Position numbers and translations under genes: made by a program. A DNA stretch of 64,000 nt, taken from an uncultured cyanobacterium. GTDB lineage: Bacteria > Cyanobacteriota > Cyanobacteriia > Cyanobacteriales > CAWCAG01. The stretch covers positions 768,001 to 832,000 of the forward strand of contig CAWDOD010000002.1 in the NCBI GenBank assembly GCA_963803805.1, given 5' to 3'. Shown here piece after piece: positions 61,221 through 64,000 of the stretch; position 1 is the first letter of the stretch, and every line of letters starts with the position of its first letter. The notes under the pieces are model-generated. The model was not told the origin of the DNA. It saw only the letters and a program-made list of their open reading frames with translations, and searched no databases.

Positions 61221-61895
61221 ATGAATTACTTTGGGATCTTAATGGATTTTTTGCGAAATCGTTCTCAGTTTCTAGATAATCTTGACAAAGAGGCAAAGCT
61301 AGAAAAGTATACTGTTGCCCTACTTATTTGTAGTTCTTTATTTTTTGCAATTTATGGGGCAATCATTGGTTCTTTTAGTGGCTGGCTACAAATGCTAGCT
61401 TCAGCAGTTAAGTTGCCAGCTTTGTACTTGCTTACCTTAATAATTTGCTTGCCAACTTTATACTTTTTAGATGTAATTTCTGGCTCTAAACGCACCTTTA
61501 ATCAGTATCTTGCCCTACTCTTAGCTGGCATGGCTATTATTAGTGTGACCCTACTTGGTTTAGCGCCTGTAACCCTGTTTTTTCGCATTTCAATTAATGA
61601 TTATACCTTCTTTAAACTCTGGAATGTAGCCATATTTATATTCACAGGTTTGGTTGGCGTTACTTTCTTTTATCGTAGCACTATTTATTTAGGACGTTCT
61701 GAAGAAAGATCGCCCGAAAGAAGTAAGCAAATTATCAAACCTTGGTTATTTCTATATGGTTTAGTAGGTAGTCAATTGGGATGGGTATTAAGACCTTTTT
61801 TCGGCTCTCCAGATCGTCCTTTCCAACTTTTTCGCGAAATAGAAAGCAACTTTTATTTGCATTTTTGGAAACTTATTGTCAATACTTTCAACTGA
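61221..61895 (+). CDS. Conserved cyanobacterial multi-TM membrane protein
   Basis: AVKLPALYLLTLIICLPTLY, YGLVGSQLGWVLRPFFG. Confidence 0.8.
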   Translation: MNYFGILMDFLRNRSQFLDNLDKEAKLEKYTVALLICSSLFFAIYGAIIGSFSGWLQMLASAVKLPALYLLTLIICLPTLYFLDVISGSKRTFNQYLALLLAGMAIISVTLLGLAPVTLFFRISINDYTFFKLWNVAIFIFTGLVGVTFFYRSTIYLGRSEERSPERSKQIIKPWLFLYGLVGSQLGWVLRPFFGSPDRPFQLFREIESNFYLHFWKLIVNTFN

Positions 61896-61950
61896 AAAAT
61901 GATTGCACTATGAGCAGTTTGCCTAAAATGAAAAGAGTAGCTAAATACCA

Positions 61951-62664
61951 ATGGAAATTGATTTAGAAAGCTTAAAATTAACTCCAGAACAACTGGAAGA
62001 CTTGGTAGAATTAGATACTAGCACTACTATTGCTGTGGATTTTTACCGAGCCTTTGTCTTCAAAAAACCTCAGCAAATCTTTTCTGTACTAATTACTGAG
62101 TTAGCCTTGTTCGTGGCAATGCTCATTTCTATTTATCCTATCACTCTAATCATTCTCAGAAATTCAAACAACCTACCAACAACTACTGCTGGAACAAATC
62201 AACTTTTACTGGTACTTTTGTTTTTTTCTTTGGTTTGTTTAGCAGGAATAAATGCTTATATTTGGCGAGGGGCTAAAAGTTTGAAATCTTTAGCTAGATT
62301 AATGGAGGAAACTGATAAGTATAATAGTGTTGTTCACACTCTTGAAGTTATGGAAAGACTAGACTCAGTTAGTGGCGCAAATAGTATTCAAAATCGTGGA
62401 GAAGTTTTTGAGATATTACAAGCGACAAAGAGGAGTTTAATTAGTGCTGTTAATATTGAAAAAGTGATGAGGAAACACCAAGGTTTCCTCGCCAATCGTC
62501 AAGACTTAGTTACAAGTTTGGAAAATAACTTAACGACTTTAATCACTTTTGATCCTAGTAGTGCTGCTCAAGAATATCAACAACTACTTAATGACACCTT
62601 ACAAATTGGTATGACAGTACATAAAGAGGTAGGAAAATTACAGAGTCGTAGGAGAAAAACCTAA
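61951..62664 (+). CDS. Hypothetical two-TM protein with helical C-terminal domain
   Basis: Two hydrophobic segments followed by a coiled-coil-like region. Confidence 0.75.
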   Translation: MEIDLESLKLTPEQLEDLVELDTSTTIAVDFYRAFVFKKPQQIFSVLITELALFVAMLISIYPITLIILRNSNNLPTTTAGTNQLLLVLLFFSLVCLAGINAYIWRGAKSLKSLARLMEETDKYNSVVHTLEVMERLDSVSGANSIQNRGEVFEILQATKRSLISAVNIEKVMRKHQGFLANRQDLVTSLENNLTTLITFDPSSAAQEYQQLLNDTLQIGMTVHKEVGKLQSRRRKT

Positions 62665-62686
62665 GACTCTGGTGAAATTATCCGTG

Positions 62687-63739
62687 TTAAAAGTTATAGC
62701 CAACTCCTAATAATAATCCTACCGCCGGATTATCAAACAATGTGGCATTAATTGCCGCAGTAGCGGAAATATTACGAGACAAAGGTACATCAACTCCTCC
62801 TGTTGCTAAGAAGTCTACGCCAGAATCATCTCCTGTAGAAATAGCAGCACCTGCACCAATATAAGGGGAAATTCTCAAACCTAAATCTTCAGATACGCTT
62901 TCTGTTACTTCAGTAACTCCAGGAACAAAATCAAAGGTCACAGGTAATAAAATAGTCGCGTCGTCTGAGAATAAAACGGCAGGTCTGACAGAGATATTGC
63001 GAGTTACACCAATTTTACTAAAAATAGTAAAACTCGTATCTCCTAGAGCCGTATCTCCATCTCCTATGCCAATATTAGCACCAACACCAACATAGCTAGG
63101 TCCTGAACGAGTAGACCGACCGAAGTTAACATCACTTTGTCCTACAATAGTCTCATTTTCTGCGGATTGAGATGTTTGGGAGGGGGAGGTAGTAACAGCT
63201 AACAAAGAATCTTCAGTATTAGTTACTTCTAAATCGGCAGCAGTAGTAGAAATATCTTGCTGTTGGGATAAAGAATCTTCAGTATTAGTTACTTCTAAAT
63301 CGGCAGCAGTAGTAGAAATATCTTGCTGTTGGGATAAAGAATCTTCAGTATTAGTTACTTCTAAATCGGCAGCAGTAGTAGAAATATCTTGCTGTTGGGA
63401 TAAAGAATCTTCAGTATTAGTTGCTTCTAAATCAGCAACAGTAGTAGAAATATCTTGCTGTTGGGATAAAGAATCTTCAGTATTAGTTACTTCTAAATCA
63501 GCAACAGTAGTAGAAATATCTTGCTGTTGGGATAAAGAATCTTCAGTATTAGTTGCTTCTAAATCGGCAACAGCAGTAGAAATATCTTGTTTTTGAGATA
63601 AAGCGATCGCTTTGTTACTGAGAGGTGCAGATTCTGCTAAGGCTGCTGATAAACTGAAAGCAATAGATAAAACCGTAGTACCGAAAAAAGCACTCACTTT
63701 TTTTAGGAATTTCATAAGCTCTAAAGAAAAATCAATCAA
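62687..63739 (-). CDS. Secreted protein with six 22-aa repeats and a C-terminal outer-membrane beta-barrel-like domain
   Basis: Signal peptide ending AALA; SYVGVGANIG, SPYIGAG, GGVDVPL; terminal GVGYNF. Confidence 0.82.
   Translation of the reverse strand: MIDFSLELMKFLKKVSAFFGTTVLSIAFSLSAALAESAPLSNKAIALSQKQDISTAVADLEATNTEDSLSQQQDISTTVADLEVTNTEDSLSQQQDISTTVADLEATNTEDSLSQQQDISTTAADLEVTNTEDSLSQQQDISTTAADLEVTNTEDSLSQQQDISTTAADLEVTNTEDSLLAVTTSPSQTSQSAENETIVGQSDVNFGRSTRSGPSYVGVGANIGIGDGDTALGDTSFTIFSKIGVTRNISVRPAVLFSDDATILLPVTFDFVPGVTEVTESVSEDLGLRISPYIGAGAAISTGDDSGVDFLATGGVDVPLSRNISATAAINATLFDNPAVGLLLGVGYNF
63204..63599 (-). repeat. 66-bp coding tandem repeat x6
   Basis: Units start at 63204, 63270, 63336, 63402, 63468 and 63534 and encode QQQDISTT(A/V)ADLE(V/A)TNTEDSLS. 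Confidence 0.95.
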
Positions 63740-64000
63740 GGAAAAGCTGACACATTAAAGTAGCCTTAATAACTCGAATTTAATTAAAGCTACGATTAAG
63801 ACTATCCACTATAACTTAACTTCTGTTCATCCTGGACTTTGTATTCCTTTAGACTGCTAAATAGTGTTCCCAAAAAAATTACAACTATATCCAAAGGATG
63901 ATACGGAAGATTGAAGCTAAAGAAGAAATTTCTTGCGCCAAAATACTACTCAATCAGCCTTTAGTATATTATTTCAATTCCTCAAGCATTTTCTTTGTTT

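Noticed and set aside
561-61966. Numerous 60-126 aa ORFs overlapping larger genes (e.g. 3167-3547, 15263-15583, 31394-31714, 46369-46674, 60453-60746)
   Set aside because: Antisense or alternate-frame shadows of well-supported genes, with no independent motifs.
63204-63599. 66-bp periodicity resembling a CRISPR array
   Set aside because: Whole units repeat with no unique spacers, they are in frame within a CDS, and there are no cas genes.

Overview
AT-rich cyanobacterial chromosomal window, identified by many HIP1 GCGATCGC octamers, psbK, sigC and XisH/XisI genes. Housekeeping genes include tgt, cobS, gloA, proS, class Ia nrdAB with two NrdR boxes, purQS, larB, lipA, sigC, cobK, a frameshifted cbiG-cobJ, ubiD and tRNA-Pro(CGG). 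Accessory blocks contain three STAND/NACHT NTPases (one in a Trypco1-trypsin-nSTAND1-WD40/PDZ-TPR system), a toxin-antitoxin/XisHI cluster with several decayed fragments, an AlbA_2/HATPase gene, and MITE/REP-like repeats. The most notable item is an unannotated 51-aa ORF (4634-4789). It carries three synonymously diverged SVCFP repeats and is followed by a perfect hairpin and a SAM-dependent methyltransferase, suggesting a candidate multi-core RiPP or Cys-peptide modification system. A PatX-like secreted peptide with a variant RGDGR motif, and a heme-oxygenase-like di-iron enzyme facing a membrane histidine kinase, also merit follow-up. All family assignments come from motif recognition; no database searches were run.
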